Below, piece by piece: positions 26,605 through 37,288 of a stretch of 64,000 nucleotides of DNA (positions are counted from its first letter, which is position 1; the number at the start of each line of letters is the position of its first letter). Location of the stretch: contig JAHZGA010000002.1 of the NCBI GenBank assembly GCA_019421005.1, positions 10,204 through 74,203 on the forward strand, written 5' to 3'. The position numbers and the translations under genes were made by a program. Source of the DNA: a bacterium (GTDB lineage Bacteria; Bacillota_I; Bacilli_A; RF39; UBA660). A model generated the notes under the pieces. That model saw only the letters and a list, made by a program, of their open reading frames with translations. It ran no database searches and was not told the origin of the DNA.

Positions 26605-28179
26605 CTACATTTTTTCAGGTGCTTCTACACCAATTAATTTAAGTGCTTTTTTTATTACACAAGCAACTGCTTTAATTAAATTTAATCTTTCTTCTGTATA
26701 AACCTCATCTTCCGTTAAAACATATTCATTAGCATAAAAACTATGAAATAAAGTTGCTAATTCATATAAGTAATTTGTTATAAGATGTGGTTCTAAATTA
26801 TTCGCACTTTTTATAATAACATCTTCAAATTGGTATAACTTGAATAATAAATCAAGTACATAACTAGAATTTAATGTTTGATAGTTTTCAATATGATTAA
26901 TTTTTCTATCTTTTAATATTGAGCAAATTCTTGCATGAGCATAACTAACATAATAAACTGGATTATCATTTGATTTTTTAACAGCTAAATCTAAATCAAA
27001 ATCCATTTGAGTATCTAATGATCTCATAGCAAAGAAATATCTTGTAGCATCAACTCCAACTTCATTTACTAAATCTTTCATTGTTAAAGTTTTACCAGTT
27101 CTTTTACTCATTTTTATTTCTTCATTATTTTTAATTAATCTAACCATTTGAAGAATTTTAACATCTAATTTATTAGGATCTTCATTCATCATTTTAATAC
27201 TAGATTTCAAACGTTGAATATATCCATGATGATCAGCTCCTAATACATCAATTAATTTATCATATCCTCTTTGATACTTATCCATATGATATGCAATATC
27301 AGGAAGTAAATACGTATTATTTTGATCACTTTTTACTAAAACTCTATCTTTAGTATCAAAAAATTCACTTGTTTTTAAATATAGAGCATCATCCTTAATG
27401 TAAGTATAATTATTTTCTTTTAAATAGTTTAAAGTTTTTTCTACTAAACCATTATTATATAAAGATTTTTCACTTGACCAAACATCAAATTCTACCCTAA
27501 AATTAGTTAAGTCATTTTTAATTTCTTTTAATAAATATTCCAAGCCATAACTTCTTATAACTTCATCATCAACATTTGTTCCATATTTTTGATATATCCT
27601 TTCAGCAATTTCAATTATTTCCTTACCATGATAACCATCACTTGGCATTTCATAATCATTGCCACATAAATTTTCATATCTTGCTTTAATAGATTTTTCT
27701 AAATTATTTATTTGATTTCCACCATCATTAATATAGTATTCTCTTGTTACATCATAACCACAATATTTTAAAATTCTAGCCATAGAATCCCCGTAACTAG
27801 CGCCTCTTGCATGACCTATATGTAAAGTTCCTGTAGGATTCGCACTTACATATTCTAAATTTATTTTTTTCCCTTGACCAAAACTATTTTTTCCATAATC
27901 AGGATTTTCTAAAATACTATTCAAATTTTGATAAAGAACATCATTTTTTATATAAAAGTTCAAAAAACCTGATTTAACTAAAATTTTATCAACACCATCA
28001 ATATGTAATTTATCTTTTATTTCAAGTGCTATATCATTCGGACTTTTTTTTAATTTACTAGCCATTTTTAAGCATATATTACTTGAATAATCACCATTTT
28101 CTCTTTTTTTAGGTAAATCTACTTCTACATCATCAATTTCTAATACTTCCATCAAAGCTTGTTTAATTTTTTCCTTCAT
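26605..28179 (-). CDS. argS: arginine--tRNA ligase
   Basis: SANPTGTLHIGHARGA (HIGH) and MSKRTGK (KMSK). Confidence 0.96.
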   Translation of the reverse strand: MKEKIKQALMEVLEIDDVEVDLPKKRENGDYSSNICLKMASKLKKSPNDIALEIKDKLHIDGVDKILVKSGFLNFYIKNDVLYQNLNSILENPDYGKNSFGQGKKINLEYVSANPTGTLHIGHARGASYGDSMARILKYCGYDVTREYYINDGGNQINNLEKSIKARYENLCGNDYEMPSDGYHGKEIIEIAERIYQKYGTNVDDEVIRSYGLEYLLKEIKNDLTNFRVEFDVWSSEKSLYNNGLVEKTLNYLKENNYTYIKDDALYLKTSEFFDTKDRVLVKSDQNNTYLLPDIAYHMDKYQRGYDKLIDVLGADHHGYIQRLKSSIKMMNEDPNKLDVKILQMVRLIKNNEEIKMSKRTGKTLTMKDLVNEVGVDATRYFFAMRSLDTQMDFDLDLAVKKSNDNPVYYVSYAHARICSILKDRKINHIENYQTLNSSYVLDLLFKLYQFEDVIIKSANNLEPHLITNYLYELATLFHSFYANEYVLTEDEVYTEERLNLIKAVACVIKKALKLIGVEAPEKM

Positions 28180-28541
28180 TCTATCACCTCATAAGATAAT
28201 TTAAAATTAAATACCTCATCTTGTAAATCTAATTCATATGAAATTTTAATTTGATTATTTAAAATAGTTAGTTCTTTAGTTTTTATTTTAAATTCTAAAT
28301 TTTGATTTATATCTTTTAAATAATATTTTCCTATTGTTTCATTATCTAAATCAAACATAAAAATTATTTCTTGATCTTGATTAGTTCTAGTTAATGTAAT
28401 TATATCATTTAAATTTAACTTTACCAAGGTTTTTCCATCATAATATTTTATAATATTATCATTCATTATTCCTTGACATTCTAATAAATCTTCTTCAATT
28501 AATTCATTATTTAATATACTTGTTTTAATTAAAACCTTCAA
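28176..28541 (-). CDS. DUF1934 (YwiB-like) protein
   Basis: A small beta-rich protein overlapping the argS start, as in the conserved ywiB-argS pair of Bacilli. Start probably TTG 28541 after AAAGGTGA; the ORF track extends to 28592. Confidence 0.65.
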   Translation of the reverse strand: MKVLIKTSILNNELIEEDLLECQGIMNDNIIKYYDGKTLVKLNLNDIITLTRTNQDQEIIFMFDLDNETIGKYYLKDINQNLEFKIKTKELTILNNQIKISYELDLQDEVFNFKLSYEVIE

Positions 28542-28674
28542 ATAAATCACCTTTACTTGGACAATTATAACACATGTTATTATAAATTGCATTAAATTTT
28601 ATTAATTTTTTGTATTTTTTTTACTAATATTTTTTAATTTTTCTCCAATAATAAATATAGACGAGGATGATACT

Positions 28675-30645
28675 ATGAGAATATTAAAAACATCTTTAAA
28701 AATATTTTTAATTTTAACTATTTTTTTACTTATTATTTATAGTTCAGTTTTTTTAATTGCCAAGGCTTTACCTAAATTAGAAATTAAAGAAGCTAATAAT
28801 TTTTATTTATATGATAGTAATAAAAAATTATATACTTCTTCAAATGAAGATTGGATTAAACTTAAGGATATTTCCCCTAATTTAATAAATGCAACTATAT
28901 CGATTGAAGATAAACATTTCTATAAACATCAAGGCTTTGATTTCTTAAGAATTATAAAAGCCCTTTATATTAATATTACTAATCATAAAACTCTTCAAGG
29001 AGCTTCGACAATTTCTCAACAATATACTAAAAATTTATTTTTAGATTTTGATAAAAAGTGGAATAGAAAATTAGAAGAAGCTTGGTTAACTATTAAATTA
29101 GAGGCTCATTATAGTAAAGATGAAATATTAGAAGGATATTTAAATACTATTAATTATGGAGGAATATATGGCATTAAAAACGCTTCTAAATATTATTTTA
29201 ATAAGTCAGCAGATAATTTAACTTTAGCTGAAGCTAGTATGTTAGCAGGTATACCTAAATGGCCTAGTAAATATTCCCCTTTAATTAATGAAAAAGCTGC
29301 GAAAGAAAGACAAAAAACTATTTTAAAATCAATGGTTCTAAATAATTATATAAGTGAAAAAGAATATAATAATGCTTTAAATGAAAAATTAGTTTATTAT
29401 GGAAAAAAAGATGAAAATGGTTCTAAAACTATTATGTATTATCAAGATGCCGTTTTTGAAGAATTAAGTTCTATTAAAACTATACCTAAATCATATTTAG
29501 AAACTAAAGGATTAAAAATATATACTAATTTAGATCAAGATGCCCAGAGGATAATGGAAAAAAGTATTGATGAATATATTGATGATGATAATTTAGAAGT
29601 TGCTAGTATTATGGTTAAACCTAATACCGGAAAAATTATAGCTTTAACAGGTGGTAAAGACTATGCTAAAAGTCAATATAATCGTGCGACTAAAGCTAAA
29701 AGACAAGTTGGTTCAACTTTAAAACCATTTTTGTATTATTCAGCATTAGAAAATGGATTTACTCCTTCAACTACTTTTACAAGTGAAAAAACAACGTTTG
29801 CATTTGCTGAAAATAAAACTTATAGTCCACATAATTATGATGAAAAATATGCCAACGGTCCTATAAGTATGGCAACAGCGCTTGCTTATTCTGATAATAT
29901 ATATGCTGTTAAAACTCACTTATTTTTAGGTGAAGATAATTTAGTTGATATCTCTAAAAGAGTTGGAATTAAAACTAAATTAAATCCTATCCCTTCTTTA
30001 GCGTTAGGGACAAATGAAATTAGTTTAATGGAAATGGTTAATGCTTATAATACTTTAGCTAATGAAGGAGTTAAAATTAAACCATATTTAATTAGTAAAG
30101 TTACTGATATGGATGGGAATGTTTTATATGAACATAAAAAAAAGAAAGAAACTGTTTTAAATAAAAGTTTAGTGTATATTTTAAATGAACTTTTAACTAA
30201 TTCTTATTCTAGAGAATTTATCGATTATAATTATCCAACTTGTATGGAAATTGCAGCTAAATTAACCAAAAAATATGCGATTAAAACTGGTACTACTGAT
30301 ACTGATAGTTTGATATTCGGTTATAATAAAGATTTATTAGTAGGAATGTGGACAGGATATGATAATAATCAAGCTTTATCTGTTAAAAGTGGTAGTAAAA
30401 ATAAAAAAGCATGGGCTGATATGATGGAAAATGTTTTAAAAGATAATAAAGAAAGTTGGTATAAAACTCCAGATAATGTAGTTGGTGTTTTAGTTGAACC
30501 TAAAACAGGTTTATTAGCTACTAATGAAAGTGAACATAAACAATTAATTTACTATTTAAAAGGAACTGAACCATCAATAACAAATCCTAATTTAGATACA
30601 TTAATTCCTACAATTAAAGAAAATGAAAACCAAGTTAACACTTGA
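28675..30645 (+). CDS. class A penicillin-binding protein (glycosyltransferase plus transpeptidase)
   Basis: GT51 motifs SIEDKHFYKHQGFD and GASTISQQ. Transpeptidase motifs STLKP (SxxK), SDN and KTGTT. Confidence 0.93.
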   Translation: MRILKTSLKIFLILTIFLLIIYSSVFLIAKALPKLEIKEANNFYLYDSNKKLYTSSNEDWIKLKDISPNLINATISIEDKHFYKHQGFDFLRIIKALYINITNHKTLQGASTISQQYTKNLFLDFDKKWNRKLEEAWLTIKLEAHYSKDEILEGYLNTINYGGIYGIKNASKYYFNKSADNLTLAEASMLAGIPKWPSKYSPLINEKAAKERQKTILKSMVLNNYISEKEYNNALNEKLVYYGKKDENGSKTIMYYQDAVFEELSSIKTIPKSYLETKGLKIYTNLDQDAQRIMEKSIDEYIDDDNLEVASIMVKPNTGKIIALTGGKDYAKSQYNRATKAKRQVGSTLKPFLYYSALENGFTPSTTFTSEKTTFAFAENKTYSPHNYDEKYANGPISMATALAYSDNIYAVKTHLFLGEDNLVDISKRVGIKTKLNPIPSLALGTNEISLMEMVNAYNTLANEGVKIKPYLISKVTDMDGNVLYEHKKKKETVLNKSLVYILNELLTNSYSREFIDYNYPTCMEIAAKLTKKYAIKTGTTDTDSLIFGYNKDLLVGMWTGYDNNQALSVKSGSKNKKAWADMMENVLKDNKESWYKTPDNVVGVLVEPKTGLLATNESEHKQLIYYLKGTEPSITNPNLDTLIPTIKENENQVNT

Positions 30646-30649
30646 TTTT

Positions 30650-31627
30650 CTAATTTTTTAATAATTCAACATTACCTAACATAATTTTATCATTACTATA
30701 ACTTAAAGTTATAGTATTTGTTTTATCTGTACCAACTACATTTTCAACACCAGTTGGTAAAGTACAAGTTAGTTTTCCTTCTTGATCAATACAACCAGTT
30801 GAAATATTTAAAGTTAATTGTTCATTTAAAATACTATATTGACCAGTTATATAATGATTTCCTTGTTCATCATTTAAAACTAAAATAAAGTTTTTTAAAT
30901 TATTTACTTCTTTTACTAAAGTTAAAGTATATTTTTTATCAGCACTTATAAAGTATTCATTTTTATCAGCAATTATTGAAGTTTGTTCTTTTTCTTCCGT
31001 AGTAGTATCTTTAGTTTCTTTAGTAGTATCCTTTTCTACTTCTTTAGGATTAATATACTTATAAAGATATTTATCATAAGCAATATAACCACCTAATCCT
31101 AGTATAATCAAAATTAAAAATACAATTAAACCTTTATGTGACTTTTTTTTAGGTTTTGGTTCATCATATTCAATGTTTTCAACCTTATGTCTTGAAGTAT
31201 TTTCTCTTCTTACTTCTTGTTCAAGAGGTTTTACTGGACTTACTTGAACATCGATTGGACTATTAGGAGTTAAATCAACTTTTTGATTAGTTCCTAATTC
31301 ACTTATATTGTTGTTAACTTGATTATATGCCATAGTATTTTGACCATATAATTGATTATTATTTGGATTATATGGTTCACTTTGATTTAAGTTAACACCT
31401 GGATTATATGGTTCACTTTGATTTAAGTTAACACCTGGATTATATGATTCACTTTGATTTAAGTTAACATTCGGATTATATGGTTCATTTGGATTTAAGT
31501 TAACATTCGGATTATATGGTTCATTTTGATTTAAATTAACATTTGGATTATATGGTTCATTTGGATTTAAATTAACACCTGTTGTATTACCTTTATTAGG
31601 TTGCTGATTAAAATTATTTTCATTCAT
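30650..31627 (-). CDS. membrane-anchored protein with N-terminal Asn/Pro-rich 12-aa tandem repeats
   Basis: Six copies of NLN(P/Q)(N/S)E(P/S)YNP(N/G)V, a single TM helix (GLIVFLILIILGLGGYIAYDKY), and a C-terminal ~130-aa domain. Start probably ATG 31627 (MNENNF). Confidence 0.75.
   Translation of the reverse strand: MNENNFNQQPNKGNTTGVNLNPNEPYNPNVNLNQNEPYNPNVNLNPNEPYNPNVNLNQSESYNPGVNLNQSEPYNPGVNLNQSEPYNPNNNQLYGQNTMAYNQVNNNISELGTNQKVDLTPNSPIDVQVSPVKPLEQEVRRENTSRHKVENIEYDEPKPKKKSHKGLIVFLILIILGLGGYIAYDKYLYKYINPKEVEKDTTKETKDTTTEEKEQTSIIADKNEYFISADKKYTLTLVKEVNNLKNFILVLNDEQGNHYITGQYSILNEQLTLNISTGCIDQEGKLTCTLPTGVENVVGTDKTNTITLSYSNDKIMLGNVELLKN
31358..31573 (-). repeat. 6 x 36-bp in-frame tandem repeat inside the CDS
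   Basis: Near-identical 36-nt units (e.g. GTTAACATTCGGATTATATGGTTCATTTGGATTTAA on the plus strand) encode the NLNxNEPYNPNV units. Confidence 0.9.
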
Positions 31628-31687
31628 TCTTATCATCCTTTCTATTCTTATATAAGAATAACACATTTATTTAAACAAGTAAATATG

Positions 31688-32254
31688 TTATTTTAATATT
31701 TCAACTAAATCACCATTTTTTAATACATTTGCATTTCCATCATCAGTATCTAAATGACATTCTAATACAAAATTATCACTTTCTTTTAAATAAACATTAT
31801 CTAAAATTCCACCTTTTTCATTATCTATTTTTATTTTTACTTTCTCTATTCCTACTAAATCTAAATTAATTCTATCTGTTTTAGTTAAATGAATATGCCT
31901 ATTAGCAAGAATAACACCTTCTTTTAATTCAACACTACCTTTTGGTCCAACTATCTTAATAGAAGAACTATTTTTTAAATCACCAGAATTTCTAATAGGA
32001 GGATTAACTCCTAATACATAACTATCTGTTTTAGATATTTCAACTTGAGTATAATTCCTAATTGGTCCTAAAACTCTAACATTGTCAATGCTACCCTTTG
32101 GTCCAATTAATTTAACCGTACTAAAACTTGCAAATTCTCCTTTTTGAATTAAATTATTTCTAATTTCTAATTCAAAGTCTTTACCAAATAAAATTTCTAA
32201 ATTTTTTTTATCTAAATGAACATGATGATTAGATATTCCTACTTTTACTTTCAT
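31688..32254 (-). CDS. pduL: phosphate propanoyltransferase/phosphotransacylase (PduL family)
   Basis: MKVKVGISNHHVHLDKKNLEILFG and a second ANRHIHL repeat half, typical of PduL. Confidence 0.85.
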   Translation of the reverse strand: MKVKVGISNHHVHLDKKNLEILFGKDFELEIRNNLIQKGEFASFSTVKLIGPKGSIDNVRVLGPIRNYTQVEISKTDSYVLGVNPPIRNSGDLKNSSSIKIVGPKGSVELKEGVILANRHIHLTKTDRINLDLVGIEKVKIKIDNEKGGILDNVYLKESDNFVLECHLDTDDGNANVLKNGDLVEILK

Positions 32255-32331
32255 AACTTACCCTCCTTTTATATTTTATCAAAATGTTTTTTTAAAGTAA
32301 AGAAAAAAGAGTATATAATTATACTCCAAAA

Positions 32332-32832
32332 TCATTTAAAACTTCTATATTTTTTTAATATTTTAGCATCAGTAAAATTAGTTTTACCATCATATTTAAC
32401 ACAATCTAAATCAATTAAAGCATTTTTACTTCCAGTAAAATCAACACCACTTATATCACACCCAGTAAATTCTCCTAATACATTCGCTCCACGTAATTTC
32501 AAATCAACTAAATCACGTTCAAAAATACAATTAGGATAAAGAGGAATATTGTATTTTATTAAAAGAGGAACATCTTTTTTATGAAGAACACGATATTTTA
32601 AATGACCAAAATCAATTTTTTCCATTCCTTTAAAAATTCTCAATCTTTCAGCATAATCATTAAAACTATCATCAAAAGAACAATTATAATCTTCATATAT
32701 TTTTTCATATGTTATGAAAATATCATATAAATCATAACCAGATAAATCAAATTCATCATTTAATCTTAAATATTCTTCAAATTTTTTCTTACCTTCTTCA
32801 GTTTTTAGAAATTCCTTTAATTTAAAATTCAT
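32332..32832 (-). CDS. hypothetical protein with a short C-terminal pentapeptide-repeat-like region
   Basis: 166 aa. LRGANVLGEFTGCDISGVDFTGSKNALIDLD resembles A(D/N)LxX pentapeptide repeats. Otherwise unrecognised. Confidence 0.45.
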   Translation of the reverse strand: MNFKLKEFLKTEEGKKKFEEYLRLNDEFDLSGYDLYDIFITYEKIYEDYNCSFDDSFNDYAERLRIFKGMEKIDFGHLKYRVLHKKDVPLLIKYNIPLYPNCIFERDLVDLKLRGANVLGEFTGCDISGVDFTGSKNALIDLDCVKYDGKTNFTDAKILKKYRSFK

Positions 32833-32839
32833 TATTACC

Positions 32840-35218
32840 CTAACTATTTCTTAATTTTACGTTTAATTTATTTTGAACTTCATCAATTATTTTATTAAAT
32901 AAAATACTTACCTCTTCTCCATTTAATGTTTTATTACTATCACTGAATGTTAATGAATACGCTAATGACTTTTCATCACTTTTAATTTTATCACCTGTAT
33001 AAACATCAAATACTTCTATATTAGTTAAAAGTCTTCCACCAGATACTTTAATAGCATGCATTACTTCTTCATTAGAAATATCTTTATTTAAAACAAATGC
33101 TAAATCTTTTTTAATAACTGGATATTTAGATATTTCCTTAAATTTAATTGGTTTTACTTTTTTATCAATTAATTTACTTAAACTTATTTCACTTACATAA
33201 ATATCTTCTTTTGTTAAATTAGGATGAATTTTACCTATAAATCCTACTTCTTCATTATCAATTAAAATAGATGCACTTATACCAGGATGAATATTTTTTA
33301 TTTCTTTTTTGACAAATTTATAACGATTTTTTAATCCTAAATATTCAAATAAACTTTCAATTATTCCTTTTACTAAATAAAAATCTACTTTAATTGTTTC
33401 TTTATTCCATGAATTATTAATATAATTTCCTTTTAAAGTTAAAGCTATTTTTGTTTCTTCTACATCTTCATCATAATATACATTAGCAATTTCATATAAA
33501 CAAATATCTTTTACTTGATGATTTATATTATAATCAACTACTTTTAATAAAGATGGAATTAAAGTTTGTCTAATTATTTTTTTATCAGAACTCATAGGTC
33601 TTAATAATTCTATATTTTTATGATTATAATCAAACATTTCACTTTCTTCTTTACTTATTAAAGTATATGTTTTAGCTTCATTTAGTCCTAAACTTCTTAA
33701 ATATCTACTAATTATTTTACGATATTTTACGTTTCCAATATATTTACCAGCTTTAATTGGTAATGTAGGTAATTTAGATTCAATATAATCATATCCATGT
33801 AATCTACCTACTTCTTCAATGATATCTGCTTTATTTTCTTCAACATCTAAACGACGATTAGGAATAGTAACTAAAAATTCTTCGTTATCTAATTCATATT
33901 CAAAATCTAATCTATCTAAACTTTTTTTAACATCATCTATTGTTAATTCCATTCCTAATAAATTATTAATTTCTTTTAAATTAACATTAACTTCTCTTTT
34001 TCTTTTATCCATATTATCAATTGTTACAATTCCATCTAATACTTTAGCAGATGCATATTTTTCTAATAAATGACAAGCTCTTTTTAATGCTAGAAAAGAA
34101 TATTCATAATTAAGTAGTTTTTCATATCTTTTACTAGCTTCACTTCTTAAGTCTAATCCAATTGAAGTATATCTAACATTATAGGGATTAAATATCGCAC
34201 TTTCAATTAAAATTGTTTTAGTGTTATTATCAATTTCAGTATTTTCTCCACCCATAACACCTGCTATACAAACTGGTTTTTCTGAATCAGTTATTACAAT
34301 ATCATCATTAGATAAAATTCTTTTTTGTTTATCTAAAGTTATAATCTCTTCATTTTCATAAGCCATTCTAACAGTTATTTTGTTACCTAATTTATCATAG
34401 TCAAAGAAATGTAGAGGTTGTCCATATTCAAGCATAACATAATTAGAAATATCAACTACATTATTAATTGAGCGCATACCAGCATGTTCTAATCTATTTT
34501 TTATAAATTGAGGAGATTCTCCTACTTTAACATCTGTTACCATTTTAGCATTATATAAATAGCAATTATCAGTTAAAACTTCTAATTTAAATAAATCATT
34601 AATATTTTTATCTATTACTTGATAATCATCAGATGGTAGTTTTACTTTTTTTTGTAATACACTAGCAACTTCATAAGCGAATGCTAAATGGTTATTACAA
34701 TCACTTCTATTAGGATTTAAATCTAAAGTATAAATAGTATCATCTAATCCTAAATATTCAATTGGATTTTCTCCTATTTTAGCATCATCACCTAATTCAG
34801 TAATTCCGGCATCATATGTTTCTTTGGTTTTTTCTTCTAAACCTAGTTCAAATAAGGCACATATCATTCCATTAGATTCTTGATTTCTAATTTTACCTTT
34901 TTTTATTATTATTTCTCCATCATTGTTACATAATTTAGCGCCTACTTTAGCAACAATTACTTTTAAATTTTCTCTTACATTAGAAGCTCCACAAACAATT
35001 TGTAAAATCTCATCTTTAATATCAACTTGACAGATTTTTAAATGATCACTATCAGGATGAGGAATACATTTTATAACTTTTCCAATAACCAAGTTATCAA
35101 TATTAGTTGTTTCTACCTTTTCAACATTTATTCCAGCTTTAGTTACTTTTAATGCTAGTTCATTTAAATCAACATCTTTTAAATCAACATAATCATTAAT
35201 CCATTTTAAACTAATCAT
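32840..35218 (-). CDS. pheT: phenylalanine--tRNA ligase beta subunit
   Basis: 792 aa with an N-terminal tRNA-binding domain (VIGKVIKCIPHPDSDHLKICQVD) and B3/4, B5 and FDX-ACB regions. Overlaps the pheS stop. Confidence 0.96.
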   Translation of the reverse strand: MISLKWINDYVDLKDVDLNELALKVTKAGINVEKVETTNIDNLVIGKVIKCIPHPDSDHLKICQVDIKDEILQIVCGASNVRENLKVIVAKVGAKLCNNDGEIIIKKGKIRNQESNGMICALFELGLEEKTKETYDAGITELGDDAKIGENPIEYLGLDDTIYTLDLNPNRSDCNNHLAFAYEVASVLQKKVKLPSDDYQVIDKNINDLFKLEVLTDNCYLYNAKMVTDVKVGESPQFIKNRLEHAGMRSINNVVDISNYVMLEYGQPLHFFDYDKLGNKITVRMAYENEEIITLDKQKRILSNDDIVITDSEKPVCIAGVMGGENTEIDNNTKTILIESAIFNPYNVRYTSIGLDLRSEASKRYEKLLNYEYSFLALKRACHLLEKYASAKVLDGIVTIDNMDKRKREVNVNLKEINNLLGMELTIDDVKKSLDRLDFEYELDNEEFLVTIPNRRLDVEENKADIIEEVGRLHGYDYIESKLPTLPIKAGKYIGNVKYRKIISRYLRSLGLNEAKTYTLISKEESEMFDYNHKNIELLRPMSSDKKIIRQTLIPSLLKVVDYNINHQVKDICLYEIANVYYDEDVEETKIALTLKGNYINNSWNKETIKVDFYLVKGIIESLFEYLGLKNRYKFVKKEIKNIHPGISASILIDNEEVGFIGKIHPNLTKEDIYVSEISLSKLIDKKVKPIKFKEISKYPVIKKDLAFVLNKDISNEEVMHAIKVSGGRLLTNIEVFDVYTGDKIKSDEKSLAYSLTFSDSNKTLNGEEVSILFNKIIDEVQNKLNVKLRNS

Positions 35219-36300
35219 TCTTCCACATCCAATCTATTAAAAGTATCATTATTTCTTAAATCATTTAAGTAAAATGTTCTTATATCATTAATTCCATATT
35301 TTAACATTGCTAATCGTTCTAGACCAAATCCAAATGCAAATCCTGTTACTTTATCAGGGTCATATCCACAGTTTTTTAATACATTAGGATGAACCATACC
35401 AGCTCCTCCAACTGTTATATAACCTGTTCCTTTACAAATATTACATCCTTTAGAGTTACAGTTAAAACAACTTATATCAAGTTCAACTGATGGTTCAGTA
35501 AATGGATAAAATGATGGTCTAAATCTTGTTTCACGCTCTCCAAAGATGTTTTTTATTGCTTCATCAAAAGTACCTTTTAAATCTGCCAAAGAGATATTTT
35601 CATCAATTAACAATCCTTCAACTTGAGTAAATTGATGTGAATGAGTTGCATCATCATCATCTCTTCTATATGTTTTTCCTGGACAAATAATTCTAATAGG
35701 TGTTTTTTCTTTATTTGCTAACATAGTTCTTATTTGAACTGGAGATGTTTGACTTCTTAATAAAAGAGTATCATCTTTTATATAAAAAGTATCTTGAGCA
35801 TCTCTAGCAGGATGTCCTTTTGGTAAATTTAATAATTCAAAATTATATAAATCTTGTTCTACTTCTGGACCTTCTACCACATCATATCCCATTGACATAA
35901 ATAATTCTTCAAATTGTTCAATCATTTTTTCTAATATATTAGGACAACCTGTTTTTATTTTAGTACTTGGTAAACTAATATCAATAGTTTCTTCTTCTAG
36001 TTTTTTTGAAATAGCTTGTTTTTTTAAATAATTAAGCATTTGTTCTAAATAAGCATTAATGCTGTTTTTTAAATTATTTAAATCAGCTCCAAAATGTTTT
36101 TTTTCTTCATCTTTTAAAGAACCCATTTCTTTATAAAGCATTGTTATTAAACCTTTTTTACCTAGAAACATTATTTTTATTTCATTTAATATTTTTTCAT
36201 CAGTTATTTCTTTGATTTTATCTAAGAAATCATTTTTAATTTTATTAATTTTTTCATTATTAATTTTCATTTCTTCTAATTCTTGTTTTAAGTCTTTCAC
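35215..36300 (-). CDS. pheS: phenylalanine--tRNA ligase alpha subunit
   Basis: Class II motifs HPARD, FRPSFYPFTEPS, GFAFGFGLERLAML. Start probably GTG 36300 after GAAAGGGTG. Confidence 0.96.
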   Translation of the reverse strand: MKDLKQELEEMKINNEKINKIKNDFLDKIKEITDEKILNEIKIMFLGKKGLITMLYKEMGSLKDEEKKHFGADLNNLKNSINAYLEQMLNYLKKQAISKKLEEETIDISLPSTKIKTGCPNILEKMIEQFEELFMSMGYDVVEGPEVEQDLYNFELLNLPKGHPARDAQDTFYIKDDTLLLRSQTSPVQIRTMLANKEKTPIRIICPGKTYRRDDDDATHSHQFTQVEGLLIDENISLADLKGTFDEAIKNIFGERETRFRPSFYPFTEPSVELDISCFNCNSKGCNICKGTGYITVGGAGMVHPNVLKNCGYDPDKVTGFAFGFGLERLAMLKYGINDIRTFYLNDLRNNDTFNRLDVEE

Positions 36301-36317
36301 TAATATCACCCTTTCTA

Positions 36318-36527
36318 AAATTAAAAAAACGCCCTTAATTTAAGGACGAATTAATCGCGGTACCACCTTAATTCTAACGAATTAGCACTTTAAAGATTTA
36401 ACGCATACTTTACGATTTAGCTCCTATATTGAAATTCATTTATTTGTTTATCTTAGAAAATCTTTCAGCCATTGATTTTCCTCTCTTTAAGAGTTCAAAT
36501 AAACTACTAGATATATTCACAGCCATT
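36318..36527 (-). promoter_or_regulatory. T-box riboswitch leader of pheST
   Basis: Minus strand carries AGAGAG, GCUGAAAGAUUUUCUAAG (specifier-loop-like, containing UUU/UUC), the T-box core GGTGGTACCGCG (36367-36356), and the terminator CGTCCTTAA-ATT-TTAAGGGCG plus T7 (36348-36323). Confidence 0.88.
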
Positions 36528-36533
36528 AAAGTT

Positions 36534-36562
36534 ATAATAACATTTTAAATTACACTTGTCAA
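36534..36562 (-). promoter_or_regulatory. sigma-A-type promoter of the pheST T-box leader
   Basis: Minus strand reads TTGACA (36562-36557), 17 nt, then TATTAT (36539-36534). Confidence 0.55.
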
Positions 36563-36700
36563 CATTTTTTAATTTTGTTTTTATGATTATTTTTATATAC
36601 ATTAATATTGATATCTTTACATTATTAGACATTTATAAAACTAGTTATCATTGCTATTAATAAATTACTGTGTTAAAATTTAATTATAGGAGGAGTTTAG

Positions 36701-37288
36701 ATGGAAAAAGGAAAAACTATTTTAATTATTTTTTTAATTATTATTATTTTAGGTTTAGTTGGATTTATTGTTTATGATAAATTCATTAAAGTTGATGAGG
36801 TTACTACAAAAGATGAAGTTACAAAGGAAAATAAAGAAAAGGAAGAAGAAGAAAATAAAGATGAGATATTATGTTCTAAAAACTATACTTATAAAGATAT
36901 AGCTGGATTTTATATATATAGAAGTGATAATATGGGATTAACTTTACAATTAGAGGAAAAAGGTACATTTTATTATACTATAGCAAGACAAACTGCAAGT
37001 CGTGCGGCAGGTAACTATACAATTGTTGATAATATAATTTACTTAAATTATATGTTTGAAATGGGTAATGATGCAGATGGAATGCATGATTCAGATAAAA
37101 CCAATACCATGATAATCAATGAAGATAATACTTTAACAGATAACTTTGATTATCAAATTTCTACTAAACCTATTTTAACAAAAACTAATGAAAAGCTTGA
37201 AGTTGGAGAGCAAGCTTCATTCGATTATATTTTACATAACTATATTTTAGCTAATAAGGCTTATTATAAAGAACACTATAATAATTAG
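36701..37288 (+). CDS. membrane-anchored hypothetical protein (paralog of the C-terminal part of 30650..31627)
   Basis: The TM/juxtamembrane segment IIILGLVGFIVYDKF matches LIILGLGGYIAYDKY. Both have a Glu/Lys-rich linker and share DKTNT(M/I). GGAGGAG lies upstream. Confidence 0.7.
   Translation: MEKGKTILIIFLIIIILGLVGFIVYDKFIKVDEVTTKDEVTKENKEKEEEENKDEILCSKNYTYKDIAGFYIYRSDNMGLTLQLEEKGTFYYTIARQTASRAAGNYTIVDNIIYLNYMFEMGNDADGMHDSDKTNTMIINEDNTLTDNFDYQISTKPILTKTNEKLEVGEQASFDYILHNYILANKAYYKEHYNN

Noticed and set aside
31358-31573. A regular 36-bp periodicity that could at first glance suggest a CRISPR array.
   Set aside because: The units are directly adjacent with no unique spacers. They are in frame within a CDS and encode a 12-aa peptide repeat. 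No cas genes or leader are present.
31688-32254. PduL as a marker of a 1,2-propanediol/ethanolamine microcompartment locus.
   Set aside because: No shell proteins, diol dehydratase or aldehyde dehydrogenase genes are nearby. The gene sits between pheT-side and repeat-protein genes and probably acts as a stand-alone phosphotransacylase.
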